A DNA stretch of 64,000 bases from Caecitellus pseudoparvulus. Taxonomy: Eukaryota; Protista; Bigyra: Bicosoecida. The DNA lies in assembly GCA_965644315.1 (NCBI GenBank), contig CBFFRQ010000077.1, forward strand, positions 62,001 to 126,000, in the 5' to 3' direction. Both the position numbers and the translations under genes were made by a program. Positions 32,101-44,271 of this stretch are shown in pieces. The notes under the pieces were generated by a model that was not told where the DNA came from, ran no database searches, and worked only from the letters and a program-made list of their open reading frames with translations. The first letter of the stretch is position 1; each line of letters begins with the position of its first letter.

Positions 32101-33006
32101 CTGCTCGCCAACGCACAAGCGGCTCGCTCCGTCGCGGACAACGGCGTGCATGCCGGCTCCAGCCGGAGTCATCTGTGCCTGCTGCTGCACTGCACTTGCA
32201 GTCGGGGCGGTGGGGCGCCTGTCCAGTCCAAGGTCGTCGTGTGCGACCTGGCAGGATCTGAGCGCCTGTCAGCCACCAAGCTCCACGAGCGGGCACCAGG
32301 CACGGCGGCCCTGGGCGGCATGGGATCCCCCAGCGCAGCGGACACGGCCGCCAGCGCGCGCCTGCGAGAGGCGCAGAGCATCAACTCCTCCCTCACCGCC
32401 CTGGGCAACGTCATCTCAGCGCTGGGCAAGGCCAGCGGCAAGGGCGGCCACATCCCCTACCGTGACTCCATGCTCACCCAGCTGCTGCAGGACTGTCTGG
32501 GCGGTGCAGCCCGCTGTGCTCTGCTGGCCACCCTGTCTCCCGATGCGCGTGACGTGCCTGAGAGCATCTGCACCCTCAACTTCGCCCTGCGCGCCAAGAA
32601 CATCAAGGTCGCATCACTGCGGCCTGAGGCGGCCGTGGGCGCAGAAGCCAAGGCCAAGGCTGCCACCGCTGCGGCTGCCGAGGCGGCGGCTGCGGCAGAT
32701 GTGCTGGCAGAGCAGTTGGTGGAGTGCCAGCAGCAGTTGGAGCAGCTGCAAGGCGAGCATGCTGCGTTGCAGGCCGAGCATGCTGCGTTGCAGGCCCGGC
32801 GCCGGGACAGCGGCGGGTCAACCTCCTCCCGCGGCACCAAACGCAGCCGAGGCGACACAGCCGACACGCTTGGCAGTGACCTACCCGTTCAAGATGGTGG
32901 CACATTAGCGGCAGCTGCGGGCTCTGGCGCCCACCGCCCGAAGACGCCCCGCAAAACGCCGCGTTTCAAGTACGACATGAACGGGCGCCGGGTTGCGTTG
33001 CGGTGA
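26147..33006 (+). CDS. DENN-domain (DENND4-like) Rab GEF fused to PPR-like motifs, PDZ, Zn-ribbon and a C-terminal kinesin-14-type motor
   Basis: Exon 1 from 26147, intron 26446-26537, then a single long ORF. cDENN (LWGAVLGESKVVLHS...LLAPLTWQHTCIPLLP...LEAPCPFVVGV); dDENN (TQAFLQFLE); PDZ (AAAQAGVRVGDVLVSVDG); kinesin motifs AYGQTGSGKTHTM, EIYND, SSRSH, DLAGSE, HIPYRDSMLTQLLQDCLGG. Confidence 0.88.
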
Positions 33007-33211
33007 CTGTGCAACGCCAAAGGCAACATCCTAGCAAATACCACTCCCACAAACTCACACTGGTCCCTTGCCGCGAACGCACCTTGCTGCCTTGCGTGCT
33101 GCACCCGCAACCACCTGCACCCCTGCCACGTGTTGACCAGCGTGGTCACGCCTGCGCTTGGACACTGTACTGGCCTTCACGCCCACCCAACACACCTCCC
33201 CGAAGCTCACC

Positions 33212-33971
33212 ATGCGCGTCACGACCATGTTGCTCGCGGGTTTGGCCCTGGTGGCCCTGACCGCCACGACTGTGGAGGCACGGAAGAGCAAGGACCCCAA
33301 GGCGTGCGAAGGTGCGTGGTGCAAATTCCGCTCCTGCGCCAGAAGCACCGCAGGTTTTGGGCCACTGCCTGATCTCTGCATTGCGAAGTGGCTGCACATG
33401 GAAATGATGTCACATTTCTGTTTCCTGCGTGCACTGCCCGAGCTGCACGTGGCCACCTTGTAGCGCTACCAGACACGCCGCCCACCACGTGTGCGCAGTG
33501 TGCAAGAAGGTCGTGAATACAGTCCTTGACCGGGCAGGGAAGGACAACGTGAAGAACCAGGAGGTTGTGGAGGATGCCCTCACCTCCTACTGCAAGGGCA
33601 CTCGCATGGACAGCAAGGAGAACAAGCTGGTGCGTTGACGAGTGGGGGGCCCTGTGTCGCACCAAGTCACCCTTCACCCGCTTTCCCCCCTGCAGTGCTA
33701 CTACGTCACGCCCGTCAAGCGAACCTTCAGCAACGCAGTGAAGCTGGGCGCCCCTGTGGACCGCATCTGCAAGAAGCTGGCCCGCGACACGCCCGAGGTG
33801 TGCCAGCTGCGTTTCCCCGAGAAGCTGGACTTGAGCAAGACCGACCTGAGCAAGCTGCGTGTGCGGCAGCTGAAGGCCATTCTGAACGAGCGGGGAGTCA
33901 CGTGCGATGGCTGCCTGGAGAAGCGGGACTACGTCCGCCGTGTGGAGGAGACCATGCACATGGACCTGTGA
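33212..33971 (+). CDS. MANF: MANF/CDNF (ARMET)-like ER protein
   Basis: Signal peptide; introns 33312-33498 and 33630-33695 give CEVC...YC...KENKLCYY...ICKKLARDTPEVCQLRFPEKLDL (saposin-like), then SAP-like KLRVRQLKAILNERGVTCDGCLEKRDYV; ends HMDL. Confidence 0.88.
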
Positions 33972-34115
33972 GGGTCGTTTCAGTTGAAACGCCGAGAGAT
34001 GCAGCTGCCATGTTCCTGAGGTGCATTGCACAAGGGGCAAGGCTAGGTCGCAGCACGCAAATGCACTGACAACCCACCCAAGCCCAGAGGGGCGGACGAG
34101 CCCGGGCGCGGAGGC

Positions 34116-35306
34116 TTACTTGCTGCCCAGCGTGGGGAAGTCAGCAGCCTTGGGCGCAGCGGCACGGCGGGGCTTGCGGTCGCCACCCTCACGACGAGGC
34201 TTGCGGTCGCCATCGCGACGAGGCTTGCGGTCGCCACCATCGCGGCGGGGCTTGCGGTCGCCGCCCTCGCGGGGCTTGCGGTCGCCACCCTCACGGCGGG
34301 GGGGGCGGTAGTCGTCGCCGCCAGACTTGAAACGCAGCAGCTTGGGGTCCACCTGGGCGGGGGCGCGGGTCTTCTTCTTGCCGGCCTTGGCGGCGATGCC
34401 CGAGCCCTTCATCTGGGCCAGGTAGTCGTCGCCAGACGCCTCGGCCTTCTTGTGGGCCTTGCCGTCCACGGCCTCCGCCTCGGCCTTGGCAGCCTCCAGC
34501 TCGCCAGCCAGGGCAGACGCCTCCTTCTCCTGGGCGGTCTGCTTCAGGAAGGCGTCCAGAGAGACGTAGGAGTCCTCGGGCTCGGGCTCGTAGGGGGTGG
34601 CGGCGCCCTCGGCCTCCAGGTCCTTGGCCACATCAGCGCCCTCGGCAGCCTCGGCGACGGCCAGGGCGTCCTCAGCCTTGCCGGCCTTGGAGGCGGCGGC
34701 GGCGTCGGCGGCGGAGTTGCCCCAGCCACCAGCGCCAGAGCCACCACGGCGCACCTCGTGCCCACGGCCAGTGCCGGAGCGGCGGTCGTACTCACGGCCA
34801 CGGCCGCCACCGTTGCGGGGTCCACGGCCACCTCGGCGGCTGCGAAGGGGGGTGAGGCGTGGGGAGTGCGTTCCTGCCGTGTGGGAAGTGGCAGCTGATG
34901 TCGGTGCAGTGCAGTTCGTTCCGACACCACGCCAAGTGCACGCTGCGCCGCTGCCCGCCGCGCAGACGGGCAGAAACGCAGCCACAAGATTAGCATGCAT
35001 GCACCCTGCACTCACTCCTCACGGGTGCGCTCAGAGCGGCGGGGGCGGGCGGCGGCACCCTCATTCTGGGTTGCCATGGCAGTGCTGCCACCGCGGGGCT
35101 TGCGGGCTGGGAAACGCGGGGAGGCGGGGCGTGAGCGGGGACTGCAGGGCAGCATCACAGAACGTGGGCATTCACGCACAGCCAGCGGGCTTGGAGGAGC
35201 CCACGGGGCCTCGGGAAGAGGAGGCCTTGGCGGTGGACTTGGTCACCTGCGGCTGGCGGGGCACCTCATCGTCCGAGTCGTCCAGGGCGGCGAAGTAGTT
35301 GGCCAT
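34116..35306 (-). CDS. SERBP1: SERBP1/HABP4/Stm1-family RNA/ribosome-binding protein
   Basis: MANYFAALDDSDDE; REYDRRSGTGRGHEVRRGGSGAGGWG; YVSLDAF; C-terminal DFPTLG. Predicted introns 35107-35179 and 34840-35015. Confidence 0.85.
34171..34300. repeat. Coding tandem repeat, 5 copies with core GGCTTGCGGTCGCC, periods 27/24/27/24 nt
   Basis: Units start at 34171, 34198, 34222, 34249 and 34273. They encode RREGGDRKP-like units in the SERBP1-like gene. Confidence 0.9.
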
Positions 35307-35800
35307 CTTGGAAGACGAAGCAGGGGGTTTGGTCAACAGCTGGGAGCCTAGAGGCTGAGCCTGCTGCCGAGCGAGCCGCGAGTCGGGGACTGCGCGGGCG
35401 TTCTGTGCTGCCTGCGGAAAATGCAGACGGCTGAACTGGAGTGTACTGACGGCAAGCAGAGCGCACCGCTGGCCGGGGGGAGGCAGCAGCAGTACAGGGG
35501 AGTGGACCGAGAGAGTTTGGATTGTTGTTAGAGCCGTCCTCTGTTCGAAATGCCCGACTGGCCGGCCTCGTCTCAGCGCCGGCCATCTGCAGGTGCGCAG
35601 CAATCGAAGGCGAGGCGCAAGCCTGGCACGAGCTGCACAAGCGCAAGGGCACAAATTCAATTGCTTGAGTGGAGCGGACACGCTATCGTCCACAGATTGA
35701 TCGCGCTCATGCTCGCCTGCCTCGTCGTCTGTCGGTACTGGGGCTTGCAACGTGCCGCCGACCAGCGCACCTGCGGCTTTTGGGCAGGCCAGCCAAGTCA

Positions 35801-37526
35801 ATGTCTCCCACGCAGCCATGCCGAGCTGGGCGGTGTGCTAGGCCACACATTGCAGTGGTCGTGCTGGCCATCTTAGTGTCAGCGACACTCACAGGCCAAG
35901 GGGCGGCCAGTGGCGGGCACTGGGTGCCGGCTGCGCTGCCGCTGGCTGAAGCCGTCTCTGGCGCTGCGTTGCTCAGCCGCCTCGCCAGCACGCCCCTGCC
36001 AGGCGACAGCGAGGTGCAAGTGAGCCAGTTCATCCGCACGCCGTCCGAGTCTGTCTGCATGCAGTCCCCTGACGTGCTCCTGGCGACACACTTGTCACCC
36101 GACAGGTGGCCCATGCTGCTCAGCCTGGCCGACGCTTGGCAAGGGTGCGTGCCCTACCCGCAAACCGCACAGCCCAGCAACGTGTTTGCACGTTCCAACT
36201 TCCTCACTCAGATGCTTGTCCGTCGCCGTGGTCCTCGCCTCGACGCAGCAGTTCAACGACACCCTCGCAGCGTTCGACTCCAACCCTGTCCGTGCGGCGC
36301 AAGCTCCGCTGCTTGTACACCCCTCAACGCACGCACACGACCCTGCACAGACACTCACACGATGGGCGGCTCTGCACGTCGTCGTAGAGCTGGGTGGCGG
36401 CAAGGACGCCCACGGCGGGCAGGCGCTCTACCCCTTCAACATCGCCCGCAACGCCGCTGGCATGTGGCCGCCCTCCACCGCCCTGCACGCCCCCACACCG
36501 CCCACACCCGCCATGCCGGCCGTGGAATCCGCCGCAAGCAATGCTTCAGAAGAGGTCTCCCCGCCACGCCTGGCCCTGCCGTCCCCAGCCTGGCTCCTGC
36601 TGCTGGACGTGGACACATTGCCCCTTACCAACGCACCGGCTTTCAGCCTCGCGCTGCGCCACGCCCAGGCAACAGCGCAAACCGGCCCAAACCCCACCAC
36701 ACGTGGCCTAACTGCCTTCATCCCCATGACTCTCCAGACGAAGCGCAGGGCTTCCGAGGCTCGCCTCTTGAAGGACCTGCGCCGGCGCGTGTCCGCCGCC
36801 AACGCTGGACTGCGACTGGGCAGCCTGCCGCCCTGCTGGCTGCACAGCCTCCCACCAGGCCTGGCAAGCGCCTTGGACGCACACAGCCCCACAGCTGCAC
36901 ATGTGCACCTGAACAAGACTGCCTTGGCCACCACCCTGCAGCGGGAACTGGAACCATTCCACGCGCAGGACTACCCGGCGGCGTATGTTGGCACCGTGGA
37001 CACCGCCGCCTGGTGGGCGGCAGACACCTGCGCACCACCAATCCCAGCCCGCTACACCCTGGACTTCGAACCGTACGCTGCAGTGCCCTGGCCCCTGCCG
37101 CTGCCCTTTGACGAGGCATACAGGGGGCACGGTTTTTCCAAATCAGATTGGTGGTTCCAGCTGTGTGCGGGGGCCAACTGCAGTCTGCACGTGCTGCCCG
37201 CTCCCGCCCTCCTCGCCCGCTGCAGCCTGGACACCGCCACGCACTCTGCCGTCCGCAATCGCCAGCAGAATTGGGGCCTCTTCGCGCAACGCCAGCGCCT
37301 GGCCAGAGCGGCCCAGGGCATCCACTGCCAGCCAGCTGGCCCCTGCACCCGTGTGGAGCCCACAGCGCCACCCATGCCCACGCCGACTGCAGAACCGACG
37401 CCCACACCCTCCCCGACGCAGCCCGATGCCGACGCTGCACCGGGTACGCGCAGGTCAGCTGGCATGCTGCGACGTCTCGCGGCGCTGCGTGAACGCTACA
37501 AGCTGCGGCAGGCAGGGAGCGGGTAG
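35801..37526 (+). CDS. GT49 family (LARGE/B4GAT1-like) glycosyltransferase, type II membrane
   Basis: N-terminal anchor IAVVVLAILVS; DVLLATHLSPDR...WQG|CLSVAV (intron 36145-36211); LYPFNIARN; DxD in LLLLDVD; YTLDFEPY; PFDEAYRGHGFSK. Confidence 0.8.
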
Positions 37527-37836
37527 TGGGGAATGCCAGTGCACTGTAGCATCCACACAGATGTCAAATGCAAGGAGCTGCGCTTCTAAATCCTCATCGA
37601 CTGTGGACCCTTGTACATACATTGCTGGGCGGTGGCTGAGTGTGATTGGGTTTCAATGCTGTGCTTATCAGGTTGGGCGCACGTGCGAGCTACAGTTGGG
37701 AGGGAATGGCTAAAAAGTGGAGCTCTGGCATTAACCATCAAGTTCACTACATGCCCATCTTCTCACTGCCTGCCAGCTGTCCACCACATCACAGAACGGC
37801 GCGACAACGCGGTGGGCTGCTCAGGCTCAGGCAGGC

Positions 37837-38604
37837 ATGGCCAGCTCGGGGCCCTTCACGCCGTTGGTGGCCAAGGGCAAGGACGGGGAGGAGATCGACA
37901 TCAGTTCATGGGTGCAGGTGTACCCTTGCTACATTTCGGAAGATAAGCGCCGTTCGGAGGGACGCAAGATCTCCAAGGAGGACTGTGCCGGGTGTGCGTG
38001 GGAGCAGCGGAAAATGACCGCACGTGTCCTCGACTTTGCACGCTATCGCCACGATACCGCGCTCCTGCTTCGTTTGTTCAGGCACCCGTGTTCACATTGG
38101 GGACATTCTCGGGTCTTGTCAGGAGCTGTCTCTGCAGGCCTGTCCTGAGGTGCGTGAGCAGAGCTGCAGCGCAGCTCCGCTGGCTCGAAAGCGAAACGCA
38201 GGTGGCACGCCCGGCATTGCGCAACCTCGCAGCCCAACAAGAAACACCCTCGCGATTGGGGCAACTTCGGCAGAGTGCGTGTGCAGTTGAAGACACCAGA
38301 TGGCGCCTTTGCCAAGCCTGAAATCACGACCCGTATGTATGCACCCCCAGTATGGCTGTTTCTGGACCATCATGCAGCGATGCGCCCCTCCCGCCACTGC
38401 GCAGGCATGCAATTGTACCGCGCCATCGCCAAGGTGCTGCCTGACAACGCAAACAGGCGCGCTCGTCTGGAGCACATGGCAGCGCAGCAGGCTGCCGCCA
38501 AGGCTGCCGCAGCAGGGGGCGGCAAGGGCGCAGCGGCAGCAGCCACGGCAGGCACCTCCACCAAGCCCAAGAAGAAGAAGGGCCGCAAGAAGAACCGGCG
38601 GTGA
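37837..38604 (+). CDS. SRP19: Signal recognition particle 19 kDa protein
   Basis: WVQVYPCYISEDKRRSEGRKI; PNKKHPRDWGNFGRVRVQLK; Lys-rich tail. Introns 37994-38081, 38150-38232 and 38333-38404. Confidence 0.92.
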
Positions 38605-38683
38605 TGCGCCAATGTAGCAGCTTGTCCCACTCACACACGACCTCCACCCGCCGCACGCCTCTTGCATTGTCTTGCCGCCTGCT

Positions 38684-40296
38684 TCACTTGGCAGTCCCAC
38701 ACTCACGCACGGCCCGCAGGGCGCTTGGCGTGGGTTCGTGGGTGGGGGCGAACCTCCGAAACAGGCTTTCCGCCGCGCCGACGCCTCCTCCGCAGCCACA
38801 CCCACCCCCCTTTGCAGGCCGAGTGTACCAGTACGTCACGCTGTCGCCACCCTCCCCGCCAGGGGGAGGCGCGGCGGCCGTGGCAGGGCCTTTTGTGACC
38901 CACCCCGCCCACTTGGAAGCGTCTGGCCGGTGTTGTGCTGAAACTGGCTGCAGCGTGTGCGGCACAGGCGTGTCATGTGCAGCAGGGGGTGCCGGGGGCA
39001 CACCCGCCACTGCGCCGTCGGCGGCGTTTGAGCCAGAAGCATGGCCCGTTGCAGCAGCCAGCGCGCGCTGCAACTCATCTGCCAATACTTGCAGCTCAGT
39101 CACACGACGAGCAAGCCACATGGCATGCTGCTCCAGCACCTCCACGCGCCGCGCGTCTGTGCGTGCTGCCATGTTGCTGCGCAGCTCCTGCAGTGCTTCG
39201 GCGTGTTGGCCCTCCGCGCGCTTCGCTGCTTGCCGCGCTGCGGCTTCCGCCTCCGACGCAGCAGTGCGCTGTGCCTGCAGGTCTTGTTGCAGCGCCTCCA
39301 GAGCTGCACTTGTGCGCTGCGCCTCGTCCTTAGCTTCGCTCCGCGAGGCTTCCAGCGCCTCCTGCGTTTCGCGCAGTGCAGCTTGCGCAGCAGCCAGCTC
39401 GTGCTGCAGCGCAGCTTCGCGGTCAGCTGCCTCTGCCCGCACCTCAGACACCGCCGAATTCACTGCTTGTTCCGTCTGCACAGCCACTGCGTGCGCCACA
39501 CCGCCCCTCAACTCTGCCACGCTCTGCTCAGCAGCGTCTGCTCTGGCCCGTTCTGCCGCAAGCGCAGCGTCACGCTGCCCCCTCAGGGTGGCCAGTTCCC
39601 CTTCATGCGCAGCTGCTGCTGCAGCCGCTGCAGAAGCCATGCCACTGCGCAGCTCGCTCACCTCCTGTGCGGCCTTCGCAGCTGTGTCTGCTGCGGCTTG
39701 CTCAGCAGAAGCGGCTGCCGCGTGCAGCTCACACAGGCGCTCTGCGACGGCAGCAGGGCTGGAGTTGGACGCTGAGATGCCCACAGCCTGCAACTCTGGC
39801 CCAGGCGCAGCAAATGTGTCGGACCACTCCTTCACCAGGCGTTCCAAGTACTGCACACGCCGCTCACGCTCGGCGTCTCGGCTCTGCAGCACCCTCACCA
39901 AGTCCTGCACCTCCCGACTCAAGTCATACAAGTAGCGGGCGGCAAGGGTCTTGGAGCTGTACTTGCCTGCACACTTCTTCTCGTAGTGGTGGCAGCATTT
40001 GATGACCTGCTCGTGCAGCGGAGCTGGGGCTGTGGGCGCTGTGCGGAAATTGAGCAGCCAACGGCATACCACCCACCTGTAGCAACGTCGCTTCTGGAAG
40101 CTGGCGGAAGGAGACACCGGAAGAGACAGGCTCAGGAGCCACTCTGCAGTGAGAAGGTTGCATGTGCCGGGTGCCAGGCCTGGGAAGCCCCCAATGGCAA
40201 TCCACCTGCTCACCTGTGTCGAGGCTGCGTTGGCAACGGCTGCTGTGGCTTTGCCCTGCCAACTGTGTCGAATCGCGGCTTGGCCGCAGCCGCCAT
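38684..40296 (-). CDS. Uncharacterised coiled-coil protein
   Basis: Long Ala/Glu/Gln/Arg heptad region. In-phase introns 40144-40213 and about 40008-40076 connect it to an ATG at 40296 (gccATG). Confidence 0.65.
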
Positions 40297-40485
40297 GGCT
40301 TCTGCGCGGCGCCGGGTGCAGCTGGATCGATAAGGGTAACAATCACCTGCATTCATTCCTTGCTTTTCGCGTGCTTGTCGTGCGCTGAGTTGTGTGCGAT
40401 CAAAAGCTTCTGACCCAGCAACGCACACACACTGCGTTTCTGCTCCCCGCAAGGGCCTGCAAGATGCGCCTTGCTCGGCACCCAT

Positions 40486-41859
40486 TCACGAAGTGCCACC
40501 ACCCGATCCAAACTCCTTCATCCACCGCTGCAGCTTCTCCGCACTGCCCTGCCCCGTGGAAGCCCGAATCACCGTCAGCGCCTCGTCAAAATCGGCAACA
40601 GTCACGTCAGGCACACTCGCCGCTGACGCCCCCAGCAGCCCAGACACACCGCCTGCCGCTTGAAGCCGGCGAAGAGGCGCCATGGCAGCCTCCTTGGCCA
40701 ACGCAGCAAGGTCTGAGCCAGAGTAGCCCGGCGTGGCGGCGGCAACCCGCTCGAAATCCGCCTCGCTCAGGCTGTGCGGCGTGCCAGTCAACAGGCTGGC
40801 CAACAGGGCAGCGCGCTGCTCAGGGCCAGGCAGCGGGATGTGGATGCGTTTCGGCAGGCGCCGCAAGAAGGCGTCATCAAGCGCCCACGGCCGGTTCGTC
40901 GCAGCCAGCACCATGACGCCCCCCCCAGCACCGGCAGCGCCGTCCATTTGAACCAGGAACTCTGTCTTGAGTCGCGCGGCGCTGTCCGAGTCACTGTCTC
41001 CACGGGTGGACAGCAGGGCATCCACTTCATCCAGGAACACGACACAGGGCGCGTTCCGAGCTGCAGCCCGGAACAACGCCCGCACCTGTTTCTCTCCCTG
41101 CCCCATCCACTTACTCGTGACTGAGGCTGCTGACACCACTAGCAGGCGGGCATGGGCACTGCCCGCCACAGCTCGAGCCAGCAGGGTCTTCCCCGTGCCA
41201 GGCGGGCCGAAGAGTAATACGCCCTTGGGCGGGGCCCGCAGCCCCGAGTACAAGTCAGGCCGCAAGGCGGGCAGCACAACCGCTTCCTGCAACGCAGCTT
41301 TGGCAGTGGCCAGCCCGACGATGCTGTCCCAGGCCACGCCTTGCGAGGGCGGCAGCATGTCCCGCTCAAAGGCAGCCTCCAGCTCGTCCACCGGCGCAGC
41401 TTGAGCGCCAGCTGCCGCTGCAGGCGCCCTCTGCTGGTGCCCCAGCCGAGCCTTGAGGGTCTCAGCATGTCGCAAGTACCGCCCGACATCTGCCTTAATA
41501 GCGGCTAGATCAGGGTGGTCCACAGGGAGCTCTGTGGATGTGTGAGGAGAGGGGGGGGCCCTTGCGTGCTTGGCGTTTCAGCGTTTCACGCAGCTGCTCC
41601 ACGCACGAGACACGGCGGGCACGACGACTTCCAGTCCTGCCAAGTACAGCTTGTAGGCAGCACTGGCATGTCCCTTGCGCTCCAGCGCCTCTGCCTGCCT
41701 CAAAATGCCCGCACCTCGCTGAGCCTCGTCGAGAGCAGCAGATGTGTGTGCTTGATGGGAGGAGGCAGGCTTTGTCTGAGAGCTGCTTGCTGCCGCTGCA
41801 GTCGCAGCAGCAGTGCTGCTCTGCAGGGGGGCATCCGGGGCACTTGCTCCCGCACCCAT
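40486..41859 (-). CDS. MIT-domain meiotic-clade AAA ATPase, spastin-like (microtubule severing)
   Basis: MIT-like helices (LRQAEALERKGHASAAYKLYLAGLE...YLRHAETLK) across intron 41532-41606; AKAALQEAVVLPALRPDLYSGLRAPPKGVLLFGPPGTGKT; FLDEVD; LKTEFLVQMDG; ATNRPW; WMKEFGS. Confidence 0.85.
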
Positions 41860-42206
41860 GCTATGGGTGCGGCCACTTGCCAGCGTATTAGGCTCGATGG
41901 CTGCGCAGAGTCTCTTCCAACGCCAACTAGCAGAAACGCCACAACGAGCGCGTGTCGACTGCCAGGCTAAGCCGCATTCATATGCAGGCAGCAAATTAAT
42001 TTTCAGCAATGTACACATAGAGGTATTCAGTGGAACTTAGTCATTGCCTCTTGTTGTGGCGTAGCAGCGCACACTGCGGCGCGGAAGGTCGGCGTGGCGT
42101 GCGGGACCTCGGCACTTTTTCCGCAGTCCACCGGCGAATCTCGCCGCCAGCTCCCTCGCCTTAGGCGCCGCACAGGGTGCCGTGCCTCACGTGATACCTG
42201 GGAAGA

Positions 42207-44271
42207 ATGTTCGATCAGTACCTATGGGTGGTGGTGCTGGGCGCCATTCTGTCTTTCTTCGCCGCCTTTGGCATCGGCGCCAATGATGTCGGTACGTCAT
42301 CAGCCCCGGCTCAACACGTGCATGCTCGGGCGCTTGCGACGTGAGAAGGAACTGATGGCGGCACCACATGTCTGCATTGTGCTGCTCATCGCTTACATCG
42401 CAGCCAACGCTTTCGCGACGTCTGTGGGCGCCCGCTCGTGCGTGCTTCGCTCCGCCCGGCACCAGGGATAATGGCCCGCACCCAACACCCGCCGCACAAC
42501 GCACCAGGTTGACCCTGCGCCAAGCGGTCCTGGTTGCAGCTGTTTGCGAGTTCGCAGGGGCCTTCGCCCTCGGCAGCCACGTCACGCAGACCATTCGGTG
42601 AGCCCCCCCTTGGCTGCACGCGATGGGGGTACACAGCCTCAACCTCACTGCCCACCCTCCACACTCACCGCCCCCTGCAGAGGCGGCATCACACAGGCAG
42701 ACGCCTTTGAAGACTTCCCCGAGCTGCTCATGGTGGGCATGCTGTGCGTCATTGTTGCGACGGGCGTGTGGCTGGTGGTGGCGACGCTGCTGCACATGCC
42801 CGTGTCGACAACGCAAGCCACAGTCGGCGGCATCATTGGCGTGGCCCTCGTGGCCAAAGGCACCGCAGCGGTGCAGTGGGAAGGCGTCGGACTCATTGTT
42901 GCATCATGGTTCCTGTCACCCGTGCTGTCTGCTGCGCTGTCGGGGGGGCTGTACGCCTTGGTGCGGCATGTTGTGTTGCGAAGCGACGACAGCTACCAAC
43001 GTGCCTTTGCTGCGTTGCCGATCCTAGTCGGAGTGACTCTGGCCATCAACGCCTTCTTCATCGTATATGAAGGGCCTCAGGCGCTCGCTGGCACGCCGCT
43101 GTGGCTGGCCATCGTCATTGCGCTGGGCGTGGGGGTCGTCAGCGGGCTGGTAACTGCCTTTGGCATTGTGCCCTGGGTGCGCCGCCACGTGCAGGCAGAC
43201 CTGAAAGATGCCGCTGGTGATACCTTGCTGAGCCAGCCATCTTCAGCCACTGATACGGCCAGCACGACAGGGGCGGAGGCCCCCCATGTGGAAATTGAAA
43301 TGCCCAGGCAGGAAGGCGACGTGGATGCAGTCGAGGGCGAGTCAACCGGCAGTGCAGCGTCGGACTCCCACCATGAACAGGGCACGTCGGGTGTATCTGA
43401 ACCCCAGGAAGACAGGGAAGGTGTACTCGTTGACGATGGGAACTCAGATTCAGGCGGTGGAGATGCGGCGGAGGCAGGGCAGGGGCCCGTGCATGCCGAG
43501 GCGCCGGTGGCTGAGCCCAGCGAGATCAAAGGTGGTGTCGCGGCCGAAGATGCAAAGGATGCGCCAGGGCCATCTTCACAAGCAACACCTTGGTGGAGTG
43601 TGCTGACTGCGGGCATGGATGTGGATGTGCATCGTGACGGCGAGGAGGGCGGGCGGGATGCCGCTGTCGCGGGCATGCACGCCGCAGCTGAGGCGTTTGA
43701 ACCACGCACCGAGCGTGTCTTCAGCTACTTGCAAGTGGTCACCGCCATGTTCGACTCCTTCGGGCACGGCGCCAATGATGTCGCAAACTCCGTCGGCCCC
43801 CTCGCCGCCATCGTGTCCATTTACGAGACGTCGCGAGTGGGCGGGCAGGCGGAAGTGCCACTGTGGATTCTCGCCTTGGGCGGCGTCGGCCTCGTGGTGG
43901 GGCTGGCCACTCTGGGCCACCACATCATCCGCGCCATCGGCGTCCGCTTGACCAAGGTGACGCCCTCCAGGGGCTTCACCATCGAGCTGGGGGCCGCCTT
44001 TGTCATCGTGGTGGGCTCGCGCCTCGGCTTGCCCCTCTCCACAACGCAAGCGCAAGTCGGCTCCACGGCGGGGGTGGGGCTCTGTGAGGGCCGCCGTGAT
44101 GCCGTCAACTGGTCCGAGATCGGCCGTGTGTTCCTGGGCTGGTGCCTGACGCTGCTTGTGACTGGCTCTCTCTCAGCTGCTCTCTTCGCATTTGCCGTGT
44201 TCTCACCCAACCTCGAAGCTGGAACAGCGGCTGAAGGGCTGAGTGTGCCTGGAAACTCCACCATGGTGTGA
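42207..44271 (+). CDS. PiT/PHO4 (SLC20) sodium-phosphate symporter
   Basis: Two GANDV signatures (FGIGANDV|ANAFATSVG; GHGANDVANSVGP), MPVSTT, TPSRGFTIE, LPLSTT. Introns 42292-42403, 42438-42507 and 42598-42680. Confidence 0.93.

Noticed and set aside
32755-32796. 21-nt direct duplication
   Set aside because: Encodes a repeated coiled-coil heptad (EHAALQA); not a TSD.
34171-34300. CRISPR-like interspaced repeats
   Set aside because: The period is 24-27 nt with near-identical short spacers, the units are in frame inside SERBP1, and there are no cas genes.
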